Sequence record: NC_021531.1
Direction: 5' to 3' (one strand)
Length of the DNA: 64,000 nt
Below, in pieces: positions 27,828 through 37,483 of this stretch. Position numbers and translations under genes: made by a program. Position 1 is the first letter of the stretch. Each line of letters begins with the position of its first letter. A model generated the notes under the pieces. It ran no database searches and was not told where the DNA came from. It saw only the letters and a list, made by a program, of their open reading frames with translations.

Positions 27828-30041
27828 ATGCAATCCTATACCGAGTTAAAGAGCACCCACGCTGACCGTGAAGCTTTGATAGATGAAGTTTCCGGTGCAC
27901 GTGCGGCTATGGTTGGCGGTCATATGAAATCGGCAGTGCCGGTGGATAACCCACACCATACGCTCCATTTCACTGGCGCGGACACCGAGTATGAAAAGTA
28001 TCTGTTTAACCATGTGGTTGAAGACCAAGGTGAGGTCTATCAGTACAACTACAATGGCCGTTTTCTGAGAGCCATCTTTACACGTACCGCGTGTCGTAGT
28101 GACTCCACGCCTCTGCAGCGTGCAATCTTCTTCCGTCGTTCCGCATTAGGCGATGGTGGGCGTCCGGTTATTGATTTGCTGGAGACCACTGGCTATACGG
28201 ACCATGACCACGTATTTACTTCTCTGCAAAAGGAGACGCCGAAACTCCAGCGCCTTCTGCGCGGGGAAACAAACATTCTGGATGTGGGCGACAACCTCAC
28301 TGAACTCAACTGCCAGAAAGATGGGGAATTCGTAGACGGCGTGAATCTGGTCACCGTACCGATTTCCCATCCGGAGAATATTGAGGATGCGTACCTCATC
28401 TCCAAAACCGCAGCAAAGATGATGCATGGCTACGGGTATCGTCGAATTACCATGGTGATGCGTGATGGTGATGTCCTGCTAGACATCATGGGCTATCGCG
28501 CAGCGGATGGTCGCTGGGTACCAAAATATTTCCCGAATGTCGGTGAAGCCATCCCGAACAGTGGTTTGGTTATCGCCAAACGTTTGTACGACCCACTGTA
28601 CGCCGCCATCGACATGTCATCCGGTGAACTGCAACACCCGTCGCCGTTCTTTGACCGTTGTGAATATGTTGATGCGGACCCGGAGTACATGGCAAACCCA
28701 TCTGAGGAGAATGGGTCTCGCGTTATCGATATCAAAGTGTGGCGTAACGATGCACAGGTGAAAAACGGGGTCAATAACATCCGTTGTACTGAAGAGAACA
28801 AACGTCTGTTGGATGAATACGCGCTGGGTCTGAAAGACTACTATGCGAGCATTCTGCGTTTCTACTTCTCAGTAAAAGAAGATGTTATCTGGTCACCGAA
28901 AGCTTCCCTGCTGATTCGTACTGCGCTGGCTTCCGATTGCCACGAAGTGTTCCAAGAGTTCCAGCGAGATATCCGTGATGAACTCACCAAGTCCGTACGT
29001 CGTCATGAAAACAAACCTGACTACGTTGACTCGAACATGAAGAAGCTGCAGGAAGCGCCGGAACGTAACCTGAAAGAAGCGATAACGAATTACACGATTG
29101 AGATTGTGGTGCGTTATCCAATTCCGGTTACGGTTTCATCGAAGATTACTGACCGTTCTGGTACCAAAGGTATTGTCGGCGCAGTGATTGATGATGAAGA
29201 TATGCCGCTTGATGAATTCGGTATGCGTATTCACTGTCTGCGTAGTGCGAACGCCATCATGCGTCGTTCTACTTACTCGGCCCCGTATCACATCTTCTGG
29301 TCGGCTGCTTCTGAGCAGTTGAAAATCCGCATGAAACCAATGCTGGAAGAAAACCGGATAGATGATGCGTGGAAAGAGTTGATGGATTATCTGGATTGCT
29401 ATAACGAGAAGTGGCGTCGTGCAATCGACCTGACCCATCAGACGACCGAACAACGTATCAAGCTGTTCGAGCAGATTTACGAAACCAGTATTCGTATTCA
29501 CCTGCCGCATGAACTGCCGAAGTCGCCTATCGAGCTGTGTGATGGTTTGGGGCGGTTCGAACCGAAACGTACTCGACTGCTGATGACCGACTATAACGGA
29601 AATAAGCAGTGGACGAAAAACACGTTCTATACCGGATACGTGGAAACCTTACGTCTGGATAAAACTGGTCGTGAGTTCTCGTCCATGTCGTCTATGTTTA
29701 CGAACTATCTCGGTGCGATTGACGCCAGCGGTGCCGGCGCCGGTAACTATCCGATGAAGTATAAGGCAATCAAGTTCGGCGGTGAGTCAGAACGCCGACT
29801 GCTCGAAGGTTACCGTAAAGGGACTTTCGATGAGATTCATAACCGTGCGAACTCGCCGGATGTGCATCGTGCTGTGGTACGTGGGTTGTATGAATCCCAC
29901 ACACCGACTTCACCGGGTTATCTGATTGACCGAAAAGAGTTCCCGATGGGCTTCTCGCAGATTGATAAACTGGTGGATAACATTCACCGCTGCGAAGGTT
30001 TCCGATTAGTACGGCCACGTCGCGAGGATGTAACTGAATGA
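27828..30041 (+). CDS. non-virion RNA polymerase beta C-terminal subunit (phiKZ gp71-73-like)
   Basis: SKITDRSGTKG (GDK..R.G.KG), NIEDAYLIS and KFGGESE motifs; uninterrupted. Confidence 0.9.
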   Translation: MQSYTELKSTHADREALIDEVSGARAAMVGGHMKSAVPVDNPHHTLHFTGADTEYEKYLFNHVVEDQGEVYQYNYNGRFLRAIFTRTACRSDSTPLQRAIFFRRSALGDGGRPVIDLLETTGYTDHDHVFTSLQKETPKLQRLLRGETNILDVGDNLTELNCQKDGEFVDGVNLVTVPISHPENIEDAYLISKTAAKMMHGYGYRRITMVMRDGDVLLDIMGYRAADGRWVPKYFPNVGEAIPNSGLVIAKRLYDPLYAAIDMSSGELQHPSPFFDRCEYVDADPEYMANPSEENGSRVIDIKVWRNDAQVKNGVNNIRCTEENKRLLDEYALGLKDYYASILRFYFSVKEDVIWSPKASLLIRTALASDCHEVFQEFQRDIRDELTKSVRRHENKPDYVDSNMKKLQEAPERNLKEAITNYTIEIVVRYPIPVTVSSKITDRSGTKGIVGAVIDDEDMPLDEFGMRIHCLRSANAIMRRSTYSAPYHIFWSAASEQLKIRMKPMLEENRIDDAWKELMDYLDCYNEKWRRAIDLTHQTTEQRIKLFEQIYETSIRIHLPHELPKSPIELCDGLGRFEPKRTRLLMTDYNGNKQWTKNTFYTGYVETLRLDKTGREFSSMSSMFTNYLGAIDASGAGAGNYPMKYKAIKFGGESERRLLEGYRKGTFDEIHNRANSPDVHRAVVRGLYESHTPTSPGYLIDRKEFPMGFSQIDKLVDNIHRCEGFRLVRPRREDVTE

Positions 30042-32149
30042 AAAAGGGCTTAGCTGTACACGTGCGTGACTTGCGTAATCTCACCAAATCGCAGGTCTGG
30101 AAATTGAGTGGCCGTTATGACGTGACGTTTGATGACAACGTGACCCTGCCGATGGCGGGGCGTCACATCAAACTGAGCTGGCCATACTGGGCATTCTCTC
30201 GTCTGTACGATTTTGTCCCCACGCCAAGCTATCTCGCGTATCATCGCGATGAGGTATCCACCGATAAGAAACATCTGGATATGCTGGGCGATATGTTTAA
30301 GCTGGCGAAGCATTACGGGATTCCGATTGCGGATATCCGGTATGTCTTGTCAGAACACGGCTACACGGATGCTTATAACGGTTCCGTGGAAAACCTGATT
30401 CCGTATGTGTCAACGGTGGACGTGGATACCTTCCGCGAAATCTGGCGACACCCGCGTATGGACGTTGTGCGTGAACTGGCTCGTAAGTATCCGGAAGGGT
30501 ACGATGAGGAAGGGAACGACATGGTGGAACTGGCGTATCAGGAAATCGAGATGATTTTCGAAGACCCAGCCATGCGCCGAAATGCGGCAGTGATGTCGGT
30601 ACGCGACAAAACAGTTAAGTCTGATACGATTCTACAGGCGTTTGTCCGTGGGAAACTGTCGGAGATTGACTCGCGCGTATTCAGTAATCAGGTTTGGTCA
30701 GGGTTCTTCACCGGTCTGGATGATGTCGGCCGTGTGAAAGAGTCCTGTTCAACATCCCGTTCGCACCTGTATAACACAGATAACATCGCGGATGCTGAAT
30801 ATACCAGCCGTAAATTCCAGTTGGTCGCCAACGTGCTGATGAACTTCACCACTGGCGATTGCGGAACGACCCATGCGCACCGTAAGACCTTTACGGATAC
30901 CCGTGGCTCCGAAGCTGCGTGGAATGCAATGGTCGGGATGTACTTTAAACTGGAAGGTCATCAAGACCGACCGTGGCAACGCTTTAATAAAGGTGAGTTC
31001 AAGCAGTATGTGAACAAACCGCTCATCTTCCGTTCAGCCATGACCTGTAAACTGTTACACCGCCAGTCCATCTGTTCGGTGTGTATGGGCGATATGGTCG
31101 ATAACATGTCTGAAGGGACTGCGCCGGGTCATCTGGCCTCGACTTCCATTTCGGAAAAGGGGTCACAGGGGATTCTGTCCACGAAGCACTTGGACTTCCT
31201 GCGCAAAGTTCTCCAACTGGTGTTCACCACCACGATGGAACGTTACATCACACTGTTTAAACACAGCACGGTGAAAGCGGTTCGTCTGCAGAATAAACCT
31301 CTGGTTGGTAAATGGGACGATTACGAGCTGACCATTCAGGATAAGATTCACTCCGAGCTTATCCAGATTGCGTACCACGGCTCGTTGTCGGACTTAGATG
31401 AAACTGCGTTGCCCGACATCAATGCGTTGACCTTTGTGCGCGTAGATAAAGAAGGGAATATCCTCGATGAAGAATCCATCAACGTGCGTATGGGCGTCTG
31501 TGGGAACTTCTCACCAGACTTCCTGAAACACTATCTGCGCAACAAAGATAAACTGCGCATTGTGGGTAAATCTGTCCACATCCCTCTCGCCGGTTGGAAC
31601 GTGAACCGTCCTCTGTTAGTTTATACAAATCGGTCAGAAAGTATGGCAGAGTTTGTATCCGCAATGGAGGCGAAAATCCGTTCTGCGTCTGTCGATGGTG
31701 AAGACCGTTTAGTGAAGTCGAAGAAGATGGAAGGCAATCAGCGTTCTGCATTCTTCAAGAACAAAAACGGTGTGGTTAAGTCCATTTCACTGGTGGACCA
31801 ACGGGGTGCAACAGAGCAGCAATGTACCGATGCGATGTTCGACATGTATCAGTTCATTGACCGTAAGCTCAAGGGTATTCCGATGTCCCATATCGGCATT
31901 ATGCTGGCCGTCTCTCGTGTGGAATCACCGACCAACTCCTTCCCAGCAGTTGGCTTTGATAACGAAGACTTTAACCAGCAATCCGGTAAACGGTTCTGTG
32001 ACCACAACACCATCATAGGTCGTCGTTCTGCTGTCCCAATGTTTTTCTATGAGGGCCAGCAAGATTACCTTGACAACATCGGCTTTTGGACCGACCGTGT
32101 GCGTCCTGCGTCTCTGTATGACGGGGCGATGCCGGCGGTTAAGAAATAA
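30038..32149 (+). CDS. non-virion RNA polymerase beta' C-terminal subunit (phiKZ gp74-like)
   Basis: GDCGT, C..ICSVCMG zinc site, GHLASTSISEKGSQGILSTKH trigger-loop-like motif. Confidence 0.9.
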   Translation: MKKGLAVHVRDLRNLTKSQVWKLSGRYDVTFDDNVTLPMAGRHIKLSWPYWAFSRLYDFVPTPSYLAYHRDEVSTDKKHLDMLGDMFKLAKHYGIPIADIRYVLSEHGYTDAYNGSVENLIPYVSTVDVDTFREIWRHPRMDVVRELARKYPEGYDEEGNDMVELAYQEIEMIFEDPAMRRNAAVMSVRDKTVKSDTILQAFVRGKLSEIDSRVFSNQVWSGFFTGLDDVGRVKESCSTSRSHLYNTDNIADAEYTSRKFQLVANVLMNFTTGDCGTTHAHRKTFTDTRGSEAAWNAMVGMYFKLEGHQDRPWQRFNKGEFKQYVNKPLIFRSAMTCKLLHRQSICSVCMGDMVDNMSEGTAPGHLASTSISEKGSQGILSTKHLDFLRKVLQLVFTTTMERYITLFKHSTVKAVRLQNKPLVGKWDDYELTIQDKIHSELIQIAYHGSLSDLDETALPDINALTFVRVDKEGNILDEESINVRMGVCGNFSPDFLKHYLRNKDKLRIVGKSVHIPLAGWNVNRPLLVYTNRSESMAEFVSAMEAKIRSASVDGEDRLVKSKKMEGNQRSAFFKNKNGVVKSISLVDQRGATEQQCTDAMFDMYQFIDRKLKGIPMSHIGIMLAVSRVESPTNSFPAVGFDNEDFNQQSGKRFCDHNTIIGRRSAVPMFFYEGQQDYLDNIGFWTDRVRPASLYDGAMPAVKK

Positions 32150-32153
32150 ACTG

Positions 32154-32178
32154 AGGGGCTCCGGCCCCTCTCTTTTTT
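32154..32178 (+). terminator. intrinsic terminator
   Basis: GAGGGGC-TCCG-GCCCCTC plus T tract. Confidence 0.8.
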
Positions 32179-32190
32179 GTGAGGGGCAAG

Positions 32191-33891
32191 ATGTTCGTCA
32201 TTAACGTTATGCATACCAGCATGGGCTTTCGAATAGAAGTGCCCGTGAGGGTTATCGAATTAGCCATTTTAAAGTTCGCTGAAGATAACTTGCATGCGCC
32301 CAAGATGGGGCGCGACCATGGGAGAATTACCGTCGAAAAGGGGGACGCCTATTACGTACACGTTCCTTCGATGAACTGGTTCTACTTCCACAAGGACTAC
32401 TTCCATCGCATTAAGCAGATTGTTCTGAACACTGCGATTGAGTACAACAAGCAAGTGGAGGTGAAGGAACACACCTACCAACGCGGTGAGCCGTACAAGT
32501 GCGAATTCGATAACTATGGATTTCAGATGGAAGTGACCGACCCTGAGTCGCGTTTCTACTATCAGAATGAAGTGGTAGAAAAAGCACTTGACCCGCTGTA
32601 CCTGCAGATTATCTTTGCCATCCAGACAGGGAGAGGTAAGACAAAATCAGCACAAAAGGTCATGGTGAAACGCGGTGTTCGCACCGTATTAATCCATCGC
32701 CCCACTTACGTAGCCAAGTGGAAGTTCGACTGTATCGACGATGAAACCGGTCTGCGTGTGGATGAGAAGCACGTGTACGTTGCGCAGGGAACGCAAGGTA
32801 TTTATGACCTGATTGAAGACGGTCGAACCGGCAAGCTCGACAAAATGGGTATAAAGGTGGTTATCCTCCCGACGGTGTCACTGTTTAACTTCATGAAGGA
32901 AGCGATTGCAACCATGGCGTCAAGCCCGGTGAACTTCGAGTCTTTCTACGACGATATCGGTGCCGGTCAGGTGGTGTACGACGAAGTGCACGAACACTTC
33001 CTGTTGGTGTACCTCAGTGGGATTTTGTTGAACCCGCCGTACTCACTGGAGATGTCTGCTACCTTGAAGCCGGGCGCTGCGAAGAAGTTTATCGCTGACC
33101 GTTATCTGGAACGTTTCCCGATGCGCTTCCGCGTCAGTGTTCCTTATATCCCAGTGGTGGATATCCGTGGCCTGTACTACAGCATTGATGACCCAAGCTT
33201 TATCAGGCGTGTGGGTCGCATGTCGCCGTATAACCACAAGTTGTTCGAGCAGCAACTTATTAAACACAAGCTTGAAGATTCGTACTTCTCGATGGTGTTT
33301 GATATCATGAAGCGGTCCTTCCTCGATAAGTATGAGCCGGGTCAAAAAGCGTTGGTATTCTTCTCCTTAGTAGAAATGTGCGTCGCGTTCACAAAGTATG
33401 TGAAGCACCGACTGCGTAACGGAGATGGGCCAAGCGGACTGACCGTGGCGAAGTACAATGCGGGGGACAGCTACGACGAGTTCATTGCTGCAGATATCGG
33501 GGTCTCGACTCCGGGGAAAGCAGGTACCGCAATTGACATACCCGGTTTGGTGGTGGCTATTGTTACCATTGCAATCGATGACCGTCAGTTGAATGAGCAG
33601 ATTGCTGGTCGTCCACGTGAAGTGACTAAGTGGGACTTAACACCAAAAGTGTTTTTCCTGCATTGCAGTGAAATGCCAAAGCACTTGCAGTATTTGGCGT
33701 CACGGCAAGAGTCGCTGAAGGAAGTAGTGAAGTCGTTCCTGACTTCATTCTCCCCTTACGTTATAAGGAAAACGCATGCTAGCTCCTCCTTCTCCGGCAG
33801 TGCCCCTACCGCCGTATCAAGGTTTAAGTCTATCAAGCCTTCTCGAAAAGGTTTTACGGGCTTACCCGGCCGTCGAGGACGCCGTCGTTAA
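32191..33891 (+). CDS. superfamily 2 (UvsW-like) DNA/RNA helicase (phiKZ gp75-like)
   Basis: QTGRGKT Walker A, DEVH, SAT, GTAIDIP and QIAGR motifs. Confidence 0.9.
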   Translation: MFVINVMHTSMGFRIEVPVRVIELAILKFAEDNLHAPKMGRDHGRITVEKGDAYYVHVPSMNWFYFHKDYFHRIKQIVLNTAIEYNKQVEVKEHTYQRGEPYKCEFDNYGFQMEVTDPESRFYYQNEVVEKALDPLYLQIIFAIQTGRGKTKSAQKVMVKRGVRTVLIHRPTYVAKWKFDCIDDETGLRVDEKHVYVAQGTQGIYDLIEDGRTGKLDKMGIKVVILPTVSLFNFMKEAIATMASSPVNFESFYDDIGAGQVVYDEVHEHFLLVYLSGILLNPPYSLEMSATLKPGAAKKFIADRYLERFPMRFRVSVPYIPVVDIRGLYYSIDDPSFIRRVGRMSPYNHKLFEQQLIKHKLEDSYFSMVFDIMKRSFLDKYEPGQKALVFFSLVEMCVAFTKYVKHRLRNGDGPSGLTVAKYNAGDSYDEFIAADIGVSTPGKAGTAIDIPGLVVAIVTIAIDDRQLNEQIAGRPREVTKWDLTPKVFFLHCSEMPKHLQYLASRQESLKEVVKSFLTSFSPYVIRKTHASSSFSGSAPTAVSRFKSIKPSRKGFTGLPGRRGRRR

Positions 33892-34153
33892 GTTATGTGA
33901 AGACTCGGTGACTCGCCGAGCTTTCCATTACTACATGGTGACCGAGCATTACGCTGGAATGTTTATCACCCAACGCGGAAAGACGTACTACGTAACTCGT
34001 GTTAGCAGCATCCGCAATACCGCCTCGTATGAGCAGTATAGTTGGGTACTCTGGCACGATGACCAATCCGGTACGTCGGTAGACGAGAACCCGAAAGTGG
34101 CCTATCGCTTGTATTCACACAAGTGGATGGACTGGGTTACCGTTAAACATTAA
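33776..34153 (+). CDS. hypothetical protein
   Basis: AAGGA SD before ATG 33776, overlapping helicase end; alternative start 33935. Confidence 0.45.
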   Translation: MLAPPSPAVPLPPYQGLSLSSLLEKVLRAYPAVEDAVVKLCEDSVTRRAFHYYMVTEHYAGMFITQRGKTYYVTRVSSIRNTASYEQYSWVLWHDDQSGTSVDENPKVAYRLYSHKWMDWVTVKH

Positions 34154-34219
34154 TAACAAGGGGGACATTCATTATGTCCCCCACTACCCTTATTTTTTTG
34201 ATAAAAGGAAATAACGAAC

Positions 34220-34840
34220 ATGTCTCGTCGTAAAAAGAAACCGTCCTATAATCCGCGCTCTGGCGGTCGTAAAGAGATCTTCGGTGCGGTACAAAACATC
34301 CTGCGCTGCGAAGACAAGTGGAAAGACCACGCCGAGCGTGTAGGTCTCATGATTGAGCAAGAGCGCGAAGCTGTTGCTAAACTGGAAGACGAACAGAAAA
34401 AAGCGATCGCTGAACCGGCACTGGAACGTATGTACGCCGCTTTTGTTGGCTGGTTGGACCATTACAACAAAGTGTACGCTGACGCCAGTGTGCGCGCTGA
34501 CCAAATCGGTACAACCGCGCTGGAAATGGTGAACACCAAAGACGTTAAGTGGAAAGACATTGAGCTGATGCTTATTGAACCGACCGCTTCACTGGCGGAA
34601 CTGGATGCAGAAATGACCAACATGCTGCTGACCGCTACCTCTTCTATTCTTCCTGCGATTGCTGAATACCAGCTGAAAACTGGCGACGGTAAAGACAATG
34701 CCGACATCGCCGCGGTGCTGGAAGCTATTCAGGCCAACGCAGCACCTCTTCCGGAGCCGGCCTTCGAAGCTGTTGACGAAGACACCACCCGTGAAGATCG
34801 CGCCGAAGACGCGTTCGAGCGCGCATCCGCCCAGTCTTAA
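34220..34840 (+). CDS. hypothetical protein, basic N-terminus
   Basis: 206-aa ORF, AAGGA SD, high-expression codon usage. Confidence 0.8.
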   Translation: MSRRKKKPSYNPRSGGRKEIFGAVQNILRCEDKWKDHAERVGLMIEQEREAVAKLEDEQKKAIAEPALERMYAAFVGWLDHYNKVYADASVRADQIGTTALEMVNTKDVKWKDIELMLIEPTASLAELDAEMTNMLLTATSSILPAIAEYQLKTGDGKDNADIAAVLEAIQANAAPLPEPAFEAVDEDTTREDRAEDAFERASAQS

Positions 34841-34860
34841 TCTGTAGGGGTATCTGACCA

Positions 34861-37023
34861 ATGAGTCAAGAAACTGAAAACCAAGGTCGCCCATTTATGG
34901 GTGGCCCTGCTCACCATGTGGACGAAGCACTGCCGTCCGCTGAAGACCATGGCTTCAAAAAGATTGATGAAGAGGATTACGATCCGGAAGCCGCCCGTAA
35001 ACTGTGGTTAGAAACACGTGAGCGTGAGCGCAAAGCCGCACTGGAGGCAGGGAATGGTGGTGAAAGTGGCAATAGTGGGGGGCATGCCTCTCCGACTGCG
35101 CGCGTTATCAATCCAAGCGCTCCTGCTGGCGGGCGTGCAGATAGCGAGCGAGCAGGAAGTGGAACAGGACAGGAAGTCGAGACAGCCGTTCACCGACACG
35201 TCGATCCTACCCCTGTGCAAATCCCTGTTCAGCAGCCCGTGGAACGGCAAGTTTCCACAGCACCCGCCGCACGAGCTGCATCCGAAGCAGTTCCACACGT
35301 TGACGCTGCCCCGGCACAGCCGCAGCATGCGCCGACCCAAACGCAGGAAGTGACGCATGGCATCAAGCAAGAAACCACGCAAGCGCAAGGCGCGGAAAGC
35401 GTTTTACAACGACCAGCGTCTGGCGGACAGGAACGAGGACATGTCCAACAACCTGTCTCGCCAGTCAGCCCAGCTCAACAGCCAGCTGCAGATGCTGCGC
35501 CGGCCGCAGCAGCGGATGACTCAGCTACGGACAAGACGCGTCGCATAGCGTCCCTGCTGGAATCTCCGGTACCGCGTGGTGAACGTAGCGAGTTGATGAA
35601 ACTCGATGACGATGACCCGGTTGGTATGTTGTCGGGTATGGCACTGGTCGGTGGTCTGCGTAATCTGGCGCAGTCATCCAAAAGCTTCAATGCGTTCTTC
35701 CGTACGCTGGAGCGTAATCAGGAAGGTCATCCGGTCTTCCGTTCGCCGCAAGAAGAGGATATCTACAACCGCATCCTGCAGATTATGCAGATCGCGTCCC
35801 CTTCTATGCAGAACGGTAATCAGGCTCAGTCCGAAGCTGCGCTGCGTGAAGACATCCAATGGCGTCAGGAACTCGATACCGGTTCAGATGAGAAGTTCGT
35901 CATCAAGAACCATCCGAAACAAGCGCACGGTTTGATGAAGTCTATCTACCGTCGTCAGAACTCGGGTGCGCCGGTTACGGTATTCCTACCTGCGTCGGGT
36001 TTCTTTATCACGTCGAAAGCGCCGCATGAAAACGATTTCTGCGACTACGACGTGGCGCAGACCATGGATACCAATCAGGTAGGTCTGTCGACCTTCGGTA
36101 TTCTGCTGTCCGCATCGTCTGGCCTGTATCTGAAGCACATGGTTAACTTCGCCCTGAAATTCGTCGTGGATACCACGCTCGATATCGGCGACGGTGACAT
36201 GCATCAGACGCTGTATGCGAAAATCGATGAACGTGACTACTGGCTGGTTGTCATGGCATGCACCATTGCGAAATACCCAGGCGGTATTCCGTGGCTGATG
36301 TCATGTACTGAACCGCAGTGTACGTTTGAAGAAGAGCAGAAGCTGAACATCGCCCGCTGCATTCGTTACGCGAACGGGATTCTGTCGCCGACTCAGCTGG
36401 CCATCATTAACCGCCAGCGTGAAGGTGAACCGTTAACCTTCGACCAGCAGAACGAGTATCGTCGTCAGCACGTGGTTGACCCATCCTCCAAATGGGAAGA
36501 CAACGACCTGACCTTCCGCTTTGCTCACGCGTCAATTGCTCGTTATATTGACACGTCTGAAGAGTGGGTGGCGGACATTAACCAGTCCACGACCGATGCG
36601 TTGGGTAACTATGCGACAGAGCAAGAGCGTAACAGCTACATGCGTACTGCCGCAGAGACCCGTCGTCTGACTCGTTACCTGCACTTCATCGAATCCATCA
36701 CTGCGAAAGCAGAAGGTGATGATGAGCCGTACGTTGAACGCGACCCGATTAAAATCCGTGAAGCGCTGGTTGCATTGTCTTCTGACCGTGCATTCGTTTC
36801 ACGCTTTGAAGCGGCTATCGAGAAGTTCAACGAGCGCAGTCGTCTGGCCATCTTTGGCTACATGTCCCATCGCTGTCCGCAGTGTGGTGCACAGACGGGT
36901 GAGAAAGATGGCGCGTTCCGTGGTATCGTTGAGATTTCACCGGACAGACTTTTTTTCGTGCTCTCTCGAGTGGTGTACGAGATTCAGAAACTCTTAACCG
37001 ATCAATACGAAAATATTGGTTAG
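34861..37023 (+). CDS. tail/baseplate-hub assembly chaperone-like protein (phiKZ gp77-like; T4 gp26-type zinc motifs) with disordered N-terminus
   Basis: CTEPQC and CPQCG pairs, C-terminal RLFF, ~230-aa P/A/Q-rich N-terminus; function is inference. Confidence 0.6.
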   Translation: MSQETENQGRPFMGGPAHHVDEALPSAEDHGFKKIDEEDYDPEAARKLWLETRERERKAALEAGNGGESGNSGGHASPTARVINPSAPAGGRADSERAGSGTGQEVETAVHRHVDPTPVQIPVQQPVERQVSTAPAARAASEAVPHVDAAPAQPQHAPTQTQEVTHGIKQETTQAQGAESVLQRPASGGQERGHVQQPVSPVSPAQQPAADAAPAAAADDSATDKTRRIASLLESPVPRGERSELMKLDDDDPVGMLSGMALVGGLRNLAQSSKSFNAFFRTLERNQEGHPVFRSPQEEDIYNRILQIMQIASPSMQNGNQAQSEAALREDIQWRQELDTGSDEKFVIKNHPKQAHGLMKSIYRRQNSGAPVTVFLPASGFFITSKAPHENDFCDYDVAQTMDTNQVGLSTFGILLSASSGLYLKHMVNFALKFVVDTTLDIGDGDMHQTLYAKIDERDYWLVVMACTIAKYPGGIPWLMSCTEPQCTFEEEQKLNIARCIRYANGILSPTQLAIINRQREGEPLTFDQQNEYRRQHVVDPSSKWEDNDLTFRFAHASIARYIDTSEEWVADINQSTTDALGNYATEQERNSYMRTAAETRRLTRYLHFIESITAKAEGDDEPYVERDPIKIREALVALSSDRAFVSRFEAAIEKFNERSRLAIFGYMSHRCPQCGAQTGEKDGAFRGIVEISPDRLFFVLSRVVYEIQKLLTDQYENIG
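36951..36957 (+). promoter_or_regulatory. -1 ribosomal frameshift slippery site U UUU UUC
   Basis: In frame within CTT TTT TTC; the -1 frame is open 36933-37412. Confidence 0.7.
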
Positions 37024-37412
37024 ACAACGTCGGCTTAAGCCATGAAACCCTGATTAACACGCTTAAGCTTGACACCACCTCTCTGTTTAAGCGTCGCGAT
37101 CATCGGGCCGTGACCTACCAAGAAGCGTTTGACGAGCTGATGGCCTCGTACGACGCCTCCTTGGAATTAGACACGGGGCGGTTTCACGTGGGGATGTCCA
37201 GTCAGGAAGACCCACTTGCTAACTCGCTGTACCAGATATGGGTGGAGACGTTCATTCGTGAGGATGTTTTCAAGTATACCGGGATGAACCTTGACCAGTT
37301 CTTAGACCAGCCGCGTTGGAAGATTGAGATGCAGTTAAAAGCTATCAAGCGTCGCCATCAGGACGAGAACGCACTGGCCACCGAAATACAGAACAGCCTA
37401 CCGAAAGACTAA
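36957..37412 (+). CDS. -1 frameshift extension (GT-type C-terminal domain); otherwise 100-aa ORF from GTG 37110
   Basis: No stop in this frame from 36933 to 37409, no ATG before 37110, weak SD at 37110. Confidence 0.65.
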   Translation, partial: RALSSGVRDSETLNRSIRKYWLDNVGLSHETLINTLKLDTTSLFKRRDHRAVTYQEAFDELMASYDASLELDTGRFHVGMSSQEDPLANSLYQIWVETFIREDVFKYTGMNLDQFLDQPRWKIEMQLKAIKRRHQDENALATEIQNSLPKD

Positions 37413-37414
37413 AC

Positions 37415-37445
37415 GGGTGCCCTTCGGGGCACCTTTCTTTTTTTG
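37415..37445 (+). terminator. intrinsic terminator
   Basis: GGTGCCC-TTCG-GGGCACC plus T tract. Confidence 0.85.
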
Positions 37446-37483
37446 TCGCAATCGTATGTATCCACCATTAGGACCTTACAGTC

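Noticed and set aside
16517-32149. Possible introns or inteins in nvRNAP subunit genes (interrupted in phiKZ)
   Set aside because: All three ORFs are continuous with intact motifs; no homing-endonuclease or intein signatures seen
35018-35353. 111-aa +1-frame ORF in the disordered arm of the 720-aa gene
   Set aside because: No convincing SD, mediocre codon usage; the stop-free frame is expected from P/A/Q/E-rich composition
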